Shown: positions 10,271 to 18,667 of the stretch, piece by piece
Position numbering within the stretch: the stretch's first letter is position 1
Layout: the number at the start of each line of letters is the position of its first letter
Virus record (IMG/VR): IMGVR_UViG_3300020392_000004
Direction: 5' to 3' (one strand)
DNA length: 64,000 nt
From: a virus
Translations under genes and position numbers: made by a program
Notes under the pieces: model-generated
What the model saw: only the letters and a program-made list of their open reading frames with translations
Told to the model about the DNA's origin: nothing
Database searches by the model: none

Positions 10271-10826
10271 TATATCCTCCGTCCTTCAAAGTTGAAGGTG
10301 TAGGTAAAGCCATTAGATAATCTTCGATAGGTTTTAGTGTATCTTCTCTAGTGACAGATATTTCTCTAAATAAACCGTCAAGAACATTGTTAACTGCATC
10401 TGCATATTCAAGAACCCTTCTTGCGTCTGACCTGTAAGGGTGAGCAGAACCTTCTCTTCCAGCATATACTGATTCAAAAAAATCATCAAAACCATGCTTT
10501 TGTGCATGTATATGTATATTTTCTCTTGCAGTTCTATTGATTTCACCAATATATTGATTGTTCAAATTTACACCGTGAGGTGGTTCGGAATTTGCAATAT
10601 ATTGTTCAATACTATCTCTTTCTGTTTCAGATAAAGGTAATGTTTCTTGTTGTTCTAGGGGTTTATCATCTTCCCATTTCAATACTTTGACTTCTATTTG
10701 GTCATATATTAAAACTTCAAAATCAAAACCTAAATCAGGTTTATCGACATTGTCAAATCTATATTCTAGTCCATTTGGTTTTCTAATTGTTAGATTCCCA
10801 AATTCACAATAAGTTAATGCATTCAT
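10251..10826 (-). CDS. Hypothetical protein resembling tail-fibre assembly/chaperone proteins
   Basis: C-terminal pattern AQKHGFDDFFESVYA...PYRSDARRVLEYADAV...YLMALP recalls phage fibre-assembly proteins (recognised by eye only). Confidence 0.5.
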   Translation of the reverse strand: MNALTYCEFGNLTIRKPNGLEYRFDNVDKPDLGFDFEVLIYDQIEVKVLKWEDDKPLEQQETLPLSETERDSIEQYIANSEPPHGVNLNNQYIGEINRTARENIHIHAQKHGFDDFFESVYAGREGSAHPYRSDARRVLEYADAVNNVLDGLFREISVTREDTLKPIEDYLMALPTPSTLKDGGYNAEQNL

Positions 10827-10847
10827 AATAATCTCCAGTATATCACA

Positions 10848-12509
10848 CTAGTCTTTGTTTGGTAAGGTGCTTTTTACCTTATAGTATTGCTCCAACATAT
10901 TTATGTCTGAACAATCCATGTCTTTTATCCACGGCCCACCTCTTGTATAATGGACTGCATGGTGTGAATCAAGACACTCTGTTTCAAATCCCTCTGTTGC
11001 AATTTTCCCATGAGGTATTTTACTAATTTTATCTGTCCACTCAAACTGGTGTAAGTATTTACCAGTTGCAGTATTGACAACTTCGGGTGTTAACTTTTTA
11101 CAATCTTCATGTCCGTTATTAAATATCATCATACTAGACCATAATTTTTTAGGATATGATACATTTCTTTCTCCACCCATTTTAACTTCGTCATGGTGTT
11201 CAAAATCATACTGAACACATGCCACCGCATTGTCGGGGTCAAGGAAATAGAAAAATGGTAAAGGTGTTCTTTTCCATATGTAATCATTATCTATGAAGAT
11301 ACTAAATCCTTCATAGTTTTCAAGATATGGAATTAAAAATCTACTGTAAGTAAATTCAGTAGATTGATTTGCATAGTCTCTATTATAATCTTTTAATTTG
11401 CTAATGTCAAGTAATTTAACTTCTATTTTGTAATCATTGAAGTAATCTTCTCCGACTCCTCTACTTTTTGACTTTTCTATGCTATCATGTATTGACTTTT
11501 CACAAACTTCATGTATAATATTATCGTGAGAAGAATCATAACCAATGTATATGTTTAGAGGCTTCTTTTTACATAACAATGAAACCTTTTTATTGAAATC
11601 ATAAACATATTTTCTAAAATCTGTTCCCCCTCCCTGTTGTAAAGGAACACTAAATTCTATTTTTCTTTGGTCTGTATAAATTGCACTTACATTTTTAGAA
11701 TTTTCAGGGACTAGAGATAACCAATATGTTTTTAAATCTTCATATGATAAACTAGGGTGTCTTGGAAAACAATTTGCATAATCTGTGACTAGACAAGTAT
11801 TATCAGGATAATCCATAGATTGAAAAGACCTACTTCTCATTGAGCCTGGGTGTATAGATAAAGAATTTATACCGCCATGATTTCCTGTGTGTTGAGTTAG
11901 TCCTTGGATAGGTTGCCAGAGACCATTATTTTGTATGTCATTTATTAACCAGTGTGCTTTTGCAGCGTGATAAAACACAGATTGTATAGTATTTTCATGT
12001 TCTAATACCATTGATTCGTCCATGGAACCACCCATTAAATCAATATAATCTTGATTACCTTCTTGATAACCATACATTTTTGCAAATCTTTTTCTTTCTT
12101 CGTCTGTAATTTTTAAGGGTGTCGTTATGGTTTTATATTCTCCTTCCACTGTCATAAAATCCATGGAACCACCTTTTATTCCATGTCGAGGTCTACATTT
12201 TTCTGTCCAACCTTCATGTAAGAATTTTAAATATTGATAAGAATTATGGTCTAGTCCACCCCATGACATAATTTCTTTATTGTCCATTAAAGGTTTTATA
12301 TCTTTCCATGTGACTAATCTGATAGGAGGCATACATTCTTCTATGATATATTTCCAAACCTCTTCGGTTTCGTCTGTATCTCTTCTATGCTCTGGTATAG
12401 GGACTTGACCTAATTTCATTTGCCTAGTAGGCATATCTTCATAAGAAGTATAAGGTTTAAAAAACTGTTTTGCTTTTTCTAGGGTGTTGATTTCTTCAAA
12501 AGTATCCAT
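10848..12509 (-). CDS. Two-domain protein: N-terminal ParB/Srx-like domain fused to a GT-A glycosyltransferase
   Basis: C-half IYIGYDS...STEFTYSRFLIPYL...FIDND...YPKKLWSSMMIFN...HYTRGGPW; N-half WLINDIQNNGLWQPIQ...HPGSMR. Confidence 0.8.
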   Translation of the reverse strand: MDTFEEINTLEKAKQFFKPYTSYEDMPTRQMKLGQVPIPEHRRDTDETEEVWKYIIEECMPPIRLVTWKDIKPLMDNKEIMSWGGLDHNSYQYLKFLHEGWTEKCRPRHGIKGGSMDFMTVEGEYKTITTPLKITDEERKRFAKMYGYQEGNQDYIDLMGGSMDESMVLEHENTIQSVFYHAAKAHWLINDIQNNGLWQPIQGLTQHTGNHGGINSLSIHPGSMRSRSFQSMDYPDNTCLVTDYANCFPRHPSLSYEDLKTYWLSLVPENSKNVSAIYTDQRKIEFSVPLQQGGGTDFRKYVYDFNKKVSLLCKKKPLNIYIGYDSSHDNIIHEVCEKSIHDSIEKSKSRGVGEDYFNDYKIEVKLLDISKLKDYNRDYANQSTEFTYSRFLIPYLENYEGFSIFIDNDYIWKRTPLPFFYFLDPDNAVACVQYDFEHHDEVKMGGERNVSYPKKLWSSMMIFNNGHEDCKKLTPEVVNTATGKYLHQFEWTDKISKIPHGKIATEGFETECLDSHHAVHYTRGGPWIKDMDCSDINMLEQYYKVKSTLPNKD

Positions 12510-12519
12510 AATATAAAAG

Positions 12520-12527
12520 TATTTAGT
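12520..12527 (-). promoter_or_regulatory. Late promoter variant ACTAAATA upstream of the modification-enzyme cluster
   Basis: tatttagt on + strand, 10 nt from the ATG at 12509. Confidence 0.5.
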
Positions 12528-12536
12528 TAATTAAAA

Positions 12537-13433
12537 TTAACTAGAAATCGGAGTTCCAGGCCACTGTTGTTGTAATACACCGTCCCATCTTGGAACTGGT
12601 GTTCTTCCTTGTCTTGCGTAAGTGGTTGGATTCTGATTTGAATATGTAGTCGGTGTTTGACCCTGTCTAGCATAAGTCGAAGGACTTCTATGATTGTAAG
12701 TAAATGGTGTCTGACCTTGTCTTGCATAAGTTGTTGGGTTCTGATTTGCATAGGTAAAAGGAGTTCGTCCTGTTGCCTGATATGTTGAAGGTGACCTAAA
12801 GTTATATGTAAACGGTGTTTGACCTTGTCTCTCGTATGTTGACGGAGATTGATAATCATAAGTAGACGGTGTTTGACCCTGTCTTTCATAAGTTGAAGGA
12901 GACTGATAATCATATGTGAAAGGTGTTTGACCTGTTCTTTGATATGTTGAAGGTGACCTATAATCGTAAGTAGAAGGTTGCCTTGCGTCTCTTATGTTTG
13001 GTTCTTGTGCTGACCTAATGTTTGGTTCTTGTGCTGACCTAATGTTTGGTTCTTGAGCATTAGCAGGGTATGTAAATGGTTGTTGTCCTGACCTAATATT
13101 AGGCTCCTGTGCTGACACTGGGTTTCTGTAAGTGAAAGGTGACCTATGATGATATGTAAAAGGTTGTCTTGCTGGTGCTTGATATGTAAAGGGTGACCTA
13201 TAATGATATGTAAAAGGTTGTCTTGCTGGTGCCTGATAGGTGAATGGTGACCTATAATGATATGTAAATGGACTTCTAGCAGGTGCTTGATATGTAAACG
13301 GTGACCTATAGTTATAAGTGAATGGTTGTCTTGCACTTGCAATATATGGGTTTTGAGTTCCGTATGGGCTCTGATAACTTGCACCGACTGGTTGTCTTGC
13401 TTGAAATGTAAATGGACTCTGATAAAATGGCAT
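12537..13433 (-). CDS. Pro-anchored Q/P/Y/T/S/R repeat protein (zipper strand B)
   Basis: 31 units of 6-12 aa (e.g. PFTYHYRS, PSTYERQGQT, PNIRSAQE) over residues 7-278; start 2 nt after the upstream stop. Confidence 0.88.
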   Translation of the reverse strand: MPFYQSPFTFQARQPVGASYQSPYGTQNPYIASARQPFTYNYRSPFTYQAPARSPFTYHYRSPFTYQAPARQPFTYHYRSPFTYQAPARQPFTYHHRSPFTYRNPVSAQEPNIRSGQQPFTYPANAQEPNIRSAQEPNIRSAQEPNIRDARQPSTYDYRSPSTYQRTGQTPFTYDYQSPSTYERQGQTPSTYDYQSPSTYERQGQTPFTYNFRSPSTYQATGRTPFTYANQNPTTYARQGQTPFTYNHRSPSTYARQGQTPTTYSNQNPTTYARQGRTPVPRWDGVLQQQWPGTPISS

Positions 13434-14785
13434 AATTATCTCTTCTGCATGTTATGGACTACAAAGTCATTTGCAAAGAAGTTAGCATTATCACTTACAC
13501 GAGTCAAGTGATAGACCTCATGTTCTCCTTCCAGTTTGTTAATATTTGATATTTTTGCAGTTGATTGATTGTTTAAAATCAATGATAATGAATCTACAAG
13601 AATATCCCCCTCTTCAATTAGGCCAGAGATTTCTCCACCCCAAGCTGCACCCATGGCAACTTCTTTTTCCCAATCTTCCATGTTTATGACACACCAACCT
13701 TTATCTTGAATCAACATTGGGTGTCCACCAGTCACACCAGTAATCTTACCGTTGACTTCTATATCATATAATTCACATACTCTAGGTTGCATAATTTCTT
13801 CGACCACTCCAACTTCTAGTGTATCTCCTAGTGTCATGACTGACATACCAATCTCTATAGACTCGATAGGTCTGTATGTATTGTCTCCCATCCATATCAT
13901 AGTTCCCATTGCGAAACAACCGTGTCCAGTAGGTAAGCCTGGTGAACCACCGCCTGGGTAGTAAACTGGTTGTCTTGCTTGACCGATATATGGACTCTGA
14001 TATGAGAACGGAACTGGTTGTCTTGCACTGCCCGGCTGTCGTGCATGATAGGTAAATGGGTTTTGAGCAGACCTAATGTTTGGTTGCTGAATATTCGCAG
14101 GATATGTAATTGGTTGTTGAGCAGACCTAATGTTTGGTTGCTGAATATTCGCAGGATATGTAAATGGATTCTGTCCATTCCTGATATTCGGTTGTTGAAT
14201 ATTTGCTGGATATGTAAATGGATTCTGTCCATTCCTGATATTAGGCTCCTGTGCTGACACTGGGTTTCTGTATGTAAACGGTGACCTATAGTTATATGTA
14301 AATGGACTCCTTGCTGATGCTTGATAAGTGAACGGAGACCTGTAGTTATATGTAAACGGTGACCTATGATTGTATGTAAAAGGTGACCTATGGTCGTATG
14401 TGAACGGATTCTGTCTGTTCCTTATATTCGGTTCCTGTGCATTTGCAATGTAAGGATATGGCTGTTGTGCATTTCTGATATTAGGTTCCTGTGCATTTGC
14501 CTGATAAGGATAAGGAGTTTGTTTATTCCTTATGTTTGGTTCTTGAGCATTTGCAATGTAAGGATATGGTTGTTGTGCGTCCCTAATGTTTGGTTCCTGT
14601 GCATTTGCAATATACGGATAAGGTTGTTGTGCATTTGCAATATAAGGTGACCCACCGTTTGCAATATAAGGATAAGGTTGTTGTGCGTCTCTTATATTTG
14701 GTTCTTGAGCATTTGCAATGTATGGATATGGATTCTGTGCATTTGCAATGTATGGAGAACCACCCTGTGCAATATATGGGTAAGG
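12600..14785 (-). repeat. Coding tandem repeats (24/30/54-bp periodicity) in the two repeat genes
   Basis: Degenerate 54-bp units; a 35-bp identical segment is shared by the two genes at 13096-13130 and 14238-14272. Confidence 0.9.
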
Positions 14786-14947
14786 TTGTTGTGTTGCCTC
14801 TTGACCTGAAGCATTATTCCACCCGCCTGGAGCTTTGATATAAATTTGGTCAACTGCTTTCCAAGTAGACGGGCCTGTCTTGACCCATGCACCTTGAGTT
14901 GCATTCCAACCTGATGGGGTTTTAACTTTCTGTGAACCTGACGCCAT
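13436..14947 (-). CDS. Pro-anchored repeat protein (zipper strand A) with N-terminal Trp-rich adaptor and C-terminal Hint domain
   Basis: N-term KVKTPSGW/WVKTGPSTW/IYIKAPGGW; 31 repeat units over residues 55-326; Hint domain G|CFAMGTMIWMGD...VTGGHP...VYHL...NFFANDFVVHN. Confidence 0.9.
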   Translation of the reverse strand: MASGSQKVKTPSGWNATQGAWVKTGPSTWKAVDQIYIKAPGGWNNASGQEATQQPYPYIAQGGSPYIANAQNPYPYIANAQEPNIRDAQQPYPYIANGGSPYIANAQQPYPYIANAQEPNIRDAQQPYPYIANAQEPNIRNKQTPYPYQANAQEPNIRNAQQPYPYIANAQEPNIRNRQNPFTYDHRSPFTYNHRSPFTYNYRSPFTYQASARSPFTYNYRSPFTYRNPVSAQEPNIRNGQNPFTYPANIQQPNIRNGQNPFTYPANIQQPNIRSAQQPITYPANIQQPNIRSAQNPFTYHARQPGSARQPVPFSYQSPYIGQARQPVYYPGGGSPGLPTGHGCFAMGTMIWMGDNTYRPIESIEIGMSVMTLGDTLEVGVVEEIMQPRVCELYDIEVNGKITGVTGGHPMLIQDKGWCVINMEDWEKEVAMGAAWGGEISGLIEEGDILVDSLSLILNNQSTAKISNINKLEGEHEVYHLTRVSDNANFFANDFVVHNMQKR

Positions 14948-14973
14948 AAATTATCCTGTATATCTCCTATTTA

Positions 14974-17031
14974 TTAGGAGTATAGAATCCATAAATCACC
15001 AACTGCTCCGTCTGAACCCGTAGGTGCAGAAGTTGACTGATAAATGTTTCTTGCAGTTCCACCGTTATTTGTTGCATTCGTAATTGTGACTGCACCAGTA
15101 TTAACTGCACTTGGTGTAATTGTTAAATTACCTGTAGATGCACCTGTAAATGAACCTGTTCCAAATGTGATTGCATCTGCACTTTCGTCCCAACCAATAA
15201 ACACATTGTCTGAACTTCCTCTCTCAATGACTAAACCTGCGTCATTTGAAGGTGAACCTGATGTTCCATTTCCTAATTCTATCAATGCATCTGATATTGT
15301 TGTGTTGGTTGAACTAACTGTTGAAGTTGTTCCGTTAACTGTTAAGTTTCCTGAAAGTGTTAAGTTTCCAAATTGAACATTACTGTTTGTTGCAACTGCC
15401 TGACCGATACTAACTTCACCTGAACTGATTGAAACACCAGTTCCACCACTGATATGAGCTCTTACTTCTGAAGCACTTGGGCCAGTATATGTAATTACAC
15501 CTGTAGAGTTATTATATGCTAATCCACCGTCTCCACCTGAATCTGTGACCGATATCGCTTGTCTTGCATTTGCATCTGCATATTGTGTTATTGAAGTTGC
15601 AACTGTTAAAGTATTACTTGCATCGTCATATGTTGTTGTGATACCTGTTCCTTCTTGTATCAATGCATTTACTCTATCGTCAACTCTTTCGTTTGTAAAA
15701 TATAAATTAGAAGAACCTTCTGATAATGCATCTGTATTTGCAAGAACTGAACCACCCAATGAAGTTGCAGAACCACCAATTGTTATACTGGAGTTTGCTA
15801 ACATTGAATTTAAAATTACACCTGAACCGATTGAAAAGTCTAAAGTTCCGTCTCCGTCTTCGTATGTGACTGCAATACCAGTTTCAGTATTAGATGATAC
15901 CATTCCACCAACAATATCTTGAACTCTTTCAGTAGTCATATAGAGATTACTTGACCCTTCTCCGATATCGTCTGTATCTAATGTAAGTGTATTTCCTAAT
16001 GCAACTGTGTTTGAATTTAATGTAATTGAACTATTTGCAAGTTTTGCGTTTGCAATTGAACCAGCAAGTTTATCGTTTGCAATTGAACCTGCTAACATGG
16101 CATTTGTTATACCACTTGCTTTTACTTGAACTGTATCAGAATCTATCTCTAAAGAACTATCATCTACTTGAACATTAAGTGTGACATCTCCTGATGTTCC
16201 ACCACCTGTTAGACCATTACCAGCAACTACTGATTCTATGTCACCAGCGTCATTTGTAAATGATATAACACCAGTTGAACTATTGTATGATAAGTCACCA
16301 CTAGCACTGATTGCACTTCTTGCTCTTGCATTTGTAAAATATTGATTTGTTGAACCTTCTGTTAGTGAATCTGTGTTCTCTGCACCACCGAGTATAACTG
16401 AATTACCCATTCCACTGTGGTTTGAACAATAGAAATACATAGGGTTATTTGATTCTTGGTCAAATGCAACTTCTGTATATGAACCACTTGAGCCTGGAGT
16501 TCCTACTTTATTATAAATTGAATAACCGTCTGTCATTTCTGAACCGTCTGCTGATTCAGAGAATCTTAATGGGTGTGAAGCGTTTGAACTATCTGACTGG
16601 TCAAATCTATAAACTACATTTGGAGTTAGTCTTAAAGGTTGTGAGGACGATTGACCGTCAAATGCATACTTATTACCACCGTCACTTATAACTGTGACAA
16701 CTACTCTATGATAATAAGGTGCAGTAGTATTGTTTAGTTGTTGTTCTACATCTAGTGTGACGGTTCCACTGGTTCCACCACCATCTAGGTTTGTTCCAGC
16801 TGTGACTCCTGTTATATCTCCAACTTGACCGTTGATAGTAAGAGTTCCAGCAGAATCATCATATGATAATGATACTCCTGTTCCAGCTGTTAGTAAAGAA
16901 TTTACTTGGTCGTCTATCTTTTCTAGGGCTGCAGTTCCGAATGCAGCTGCAGTTAAATCACCTGAACTGTCTAATACTTCGGTATCCCCTACGGATAGAC
17001 CATTTTTAATTTTAAAGTTTACATCTGCCAT
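14974..17031 (-). CDS. Tail/virion fibre protein with cupredoxin-like domain
   Basis: G/S/T-rich; TDxLxEGSxNxYFTNARAR repeats; HPLRFS...YFYCSNHSGMG domain; C-terminal SAPTGSDGAVGDLW. Confidence 0.8.
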   Translation of the reverse strand: MADVNFKIKNGLSVGDTEVLDSSGDLTAAAFGTAALEKIDDQVNSLLTAGTGVSLSYDDSAGTLTINGQVGDITGVTAGTNLDGGGTSGTVTLDVEQQLNNTTAPYYHRVVVTVISDGGNKYAFDGQSSSQPLRLTPNVVYRFDQSDSSNASHPLRFSESADGSEMTDGYSIYNKVGTPGSSGSYTEVAFDQESNNPMYFYCSNHSGMGNSVILGGAENTDSLTEGSTNQYFTNARARSAISASGDLSYNSSTGVISFTNDAGDIESVVAGNGLTGGGTSGDVTLNVQVDDSSLEIDSDTVQVKASGITNAMLAGSIANDKLAGSIANAKLANSSITLNSNTVALGNTLTLDTDDIGEGSSNLYMTTERVQDIVGGMVSSNTETGIAVTYEDGDGTLDFSIGSGVILNSMLANSSITIGGSATSLGGSVLANTDALSEGSSNLYFTNERVDDRVNALIQEGTGITTTYDDASNTLTVATSITQYADANARQAISVTDSGGDGGLAYNNSTGVITYTGPSASEVRAHISGGTGVSISSGEVSIGQAVATNSNVQFGNLTLSGNLTVNGTTSTVSSTNTTISDALIELGNGTSGSPSNDAGLVIERGSSDNVFIGWDESADAITFGTGSFTGASTGNLTITPSAVNTGAVTITNATNNGGTARNIYQSTSAPTGSDGAVGDLWILYS

Positions 17032-17291
17032 TAGAATGAGCCTCCATTAACTGTTGGCAAACTTAATTCTCCATTTGAAGAATTGTATGATAAATTAGTT
17101 TCTCCACTTGCAAGTGAGATTGCACCTCTTGCTCTTGCATTCGTGAAATATTGATTTGTCGAACCTTCTGAAAGATTATCTGTGTCTAGTGTGCTTATTG
17201 CACTTGCTTGTAATTTACCCGAACTATTGATTATTTCAGTTGACCCGACACTGATACCATATTCTATAACAAAATTATTTGTAGTTGCCAT
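17031..17291 (-). CDS. Small fibre-associated protein
   Basis: N-terminus similar to 14974-17031, one TDNLSEGSTNQYFTNARAR repeat, ends VNGGSF. Confidence 0.75.
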   Translation of the reverse strand: MATTNNFVIEYGISVGSTEIINSSGKLQASAISTLDTDNLSEGSTNQYFTNARARGAISLASGETNLSYNSSNGELSLPTVNGGSF

Positions 17292-17321
17292 TTAGTGTCC
17301 TCAATTTAAGTTTTACAAGAT

Positions 17322-17329
17322 TATTTATG
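17322..17329 (-). promoter_or_regulatory. Late promoter variant CATAAATA
   Basis: Intergenic, just downstream of a terminator and upstream of the fibre/repeat operon. Confidence 0.65.
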
Positions 17330-17361
17330 AGAATGAGGTCTCTAAAGAAAAAAGAAATATG

Positions 17362-17388
17362 AAAAAAAGGGGGTCGATTGACCCCCTT
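17362..17388 (-). terminator. Rho-independent terminator
   Basis: Minus strand AAGGGGGTC-AATC-GACCCCCTT running into a T tract, right after the stop of 17393-17803. Confidence 0.88.
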
Positions 17389-17392
17389 AAGA

Positions 17393-17803
17393 TTATGCGT
17401 CTACCACTGTCCTATCAAATTTTATTACTGTAGAATTTGTAGAAGCAGGAGTGCATAGTAGTCTTACATTTGAACCACTAATGTCTGCGTCAAATGAAGC
17501 AAGTGTAGTATCTTTAAGTATACCATACTGCGTGATTGTCACAGTTGACCCGTCATGAATCAACATTATTTCAGTAGAATGGAAATTAGTCCCTTCTGAC
17601 ATTGCGACGATATATCTTGCAGCCCTAAAGCTTGCATGTGCAAATGTATCAAGACTAAATTGAGAAGTAGAAGTTTTAGTATCACTTCCTTTCTTTGTAT
17701 TTTTATCTTGAGTTGGTTTGCTTGTTTTAATTACATCGTCTGTCGAATCATACTCTATATGACGGATAAGTTCTGCAAGTTTGAAAGCGTTAGTTATTGC
17801 CAT
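17393..17803 (-). CDS. Virion structural protein (beta-sandwich domain shared with the C-terminus of 17814-18641)
   Basis: RAARYIVAM...HSTEIMLIHDG...QYG...ADISGSNVRLL vs KAIKYVIVA...HACEVLLVNNG...QYG...SDINSGNMRLL. Confidence 0.7.
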   Translation of the reverse strand: MAITNAFKLAELIRHIEYDSTDDVIKTSKPTQDKNTKKGSDTKTSTSQFSLDTFAHASFRAARYIVAMSEGTNFHSTEIMLIHDGSTVTITQYGILKDTTLASFDADISGSNVRLLCTPASTNSTVIKFDRTVVDA

Positions 17804-17813
17804 TTATATCCCC

Positions 17814-18641
17814 CTATGTAAGTCTGATTTGGAATGTATCCACTGTAGTATTAGTATTAACTGGAGTTATGAGTAATCTCATGTTTCCTGAATTAATATC
17901 TGAACTCAATGAAAACAAACTGGAACTTGAAATCACATCACCGTATTGAACGAAATATGAATTACTTCCATTGTTTACTAATAATACTTCACAAGCATGT
18001 GTGCCTGCAGAAGCATGTGTTGCGACTATCACATACTTGATTGCCTTGTTGGCAGTCCCGTTTGATGATAATACTTGGTTTGCAGTTGTTGCTGTGAATG
18101 AACTTTCTGTATAGTTCCCTTGAACTAAATCAGTTGCAGTCACGGATACAACTTCAACTACATCTCCACTTATAGCATTCTGTGCCAAAGTGACGGTTGT
18201 TGAATTTGTAGCGGTATAGTCTGTTCCTGCGTCAACTAGTTTAACACCGTTGAGGTAAACTTGTTCACTCCCTACTGTGTAGGCAAGTGCGTTTCCGTCA
18301 TCGTCATTACCAGTTATTGCAGTAGTATTAGAGGTTATAGTATATTTAAAGATAGATATACCAGCTCCACTACTTGCAGCTCCGAAACTTAATGTTCCTG
18401 AACCGTCTGTTTTTAGAACTTGACCACTAGAACCGTCAGCGGTTGGAAAAGAATATGCATCATTAACAGTTAATGTAGTTGGGTTAGACCCAATCTGAAC
18501 TATAGCTGCACTTCCATCATTTTTCTCTGTATACATTCTACCATGGTAGGTATTGATTGCAACTTCCCCAAGTGCTAAATCACTTGTTGAAGGAACATCA
18601 TTTTGAGTCGATGAACGCTTAAACTGTATAACTGTAGCCAT
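17814..18641 (-). CDS. Fibre/decoration protein with Mtd-N-like N-terminus
   Basis: MATVIQFKRS...DLALGEVAINT; PTADGSSGQVLKTDGSGTLSF fibre motif; QVYLNGVKL domain. Confidence 0.75.
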   Translation of the reverse strand: MATVIQFKRSSTQNDVPSTSDLALGEVAINTYHGRMYTEKNDGSAAIVQIGSNPTTLTVNDAYSFPTADGSSGQVLKTDGSGTLSFGAASSGAGISIFKYTITSNTTAITGNDDDGNALAYTVGSEQVYLNGVKLVDAGTDYTATNSTTVTLAQNAISGDVVEVVSVTATDLVQGNYTESSFTATTANQVLSSNGTANKAIKYVIVATHASAGTHACEVLLVNNGSNSYFVQYGDVISSSSLFSLSSDINSGNMRLLITPVNTNTTVDTFQIRLT

Positions 18642-18667
18642 ATCGTTTTCCTCCTATAAACGGTTAA

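Noticed and set aside
13436-13918. Canonical intein or mobile element
   Set aside because: No homing endonuclease, Met follows the terminal HN and only four residues remain; it fits a Hint/BIL autoprocessing domain instead.
12537-14947. Tandem DNA repeats as a CRISPR array or DGR template/variable repeat
   Set aside because: Repeats are in-frame, degenerate at synonymous positions and lack unique spacers; no reverse transcriptase or cas operon is in the window.
12537-14947. Mirror symmetry explained by a DNA inversion or inverted duplication
   Set aside because: Both genes are on the same strand and opposed units are different sequences, not reverse complements; the symmetry exists only in protein unit order and type.
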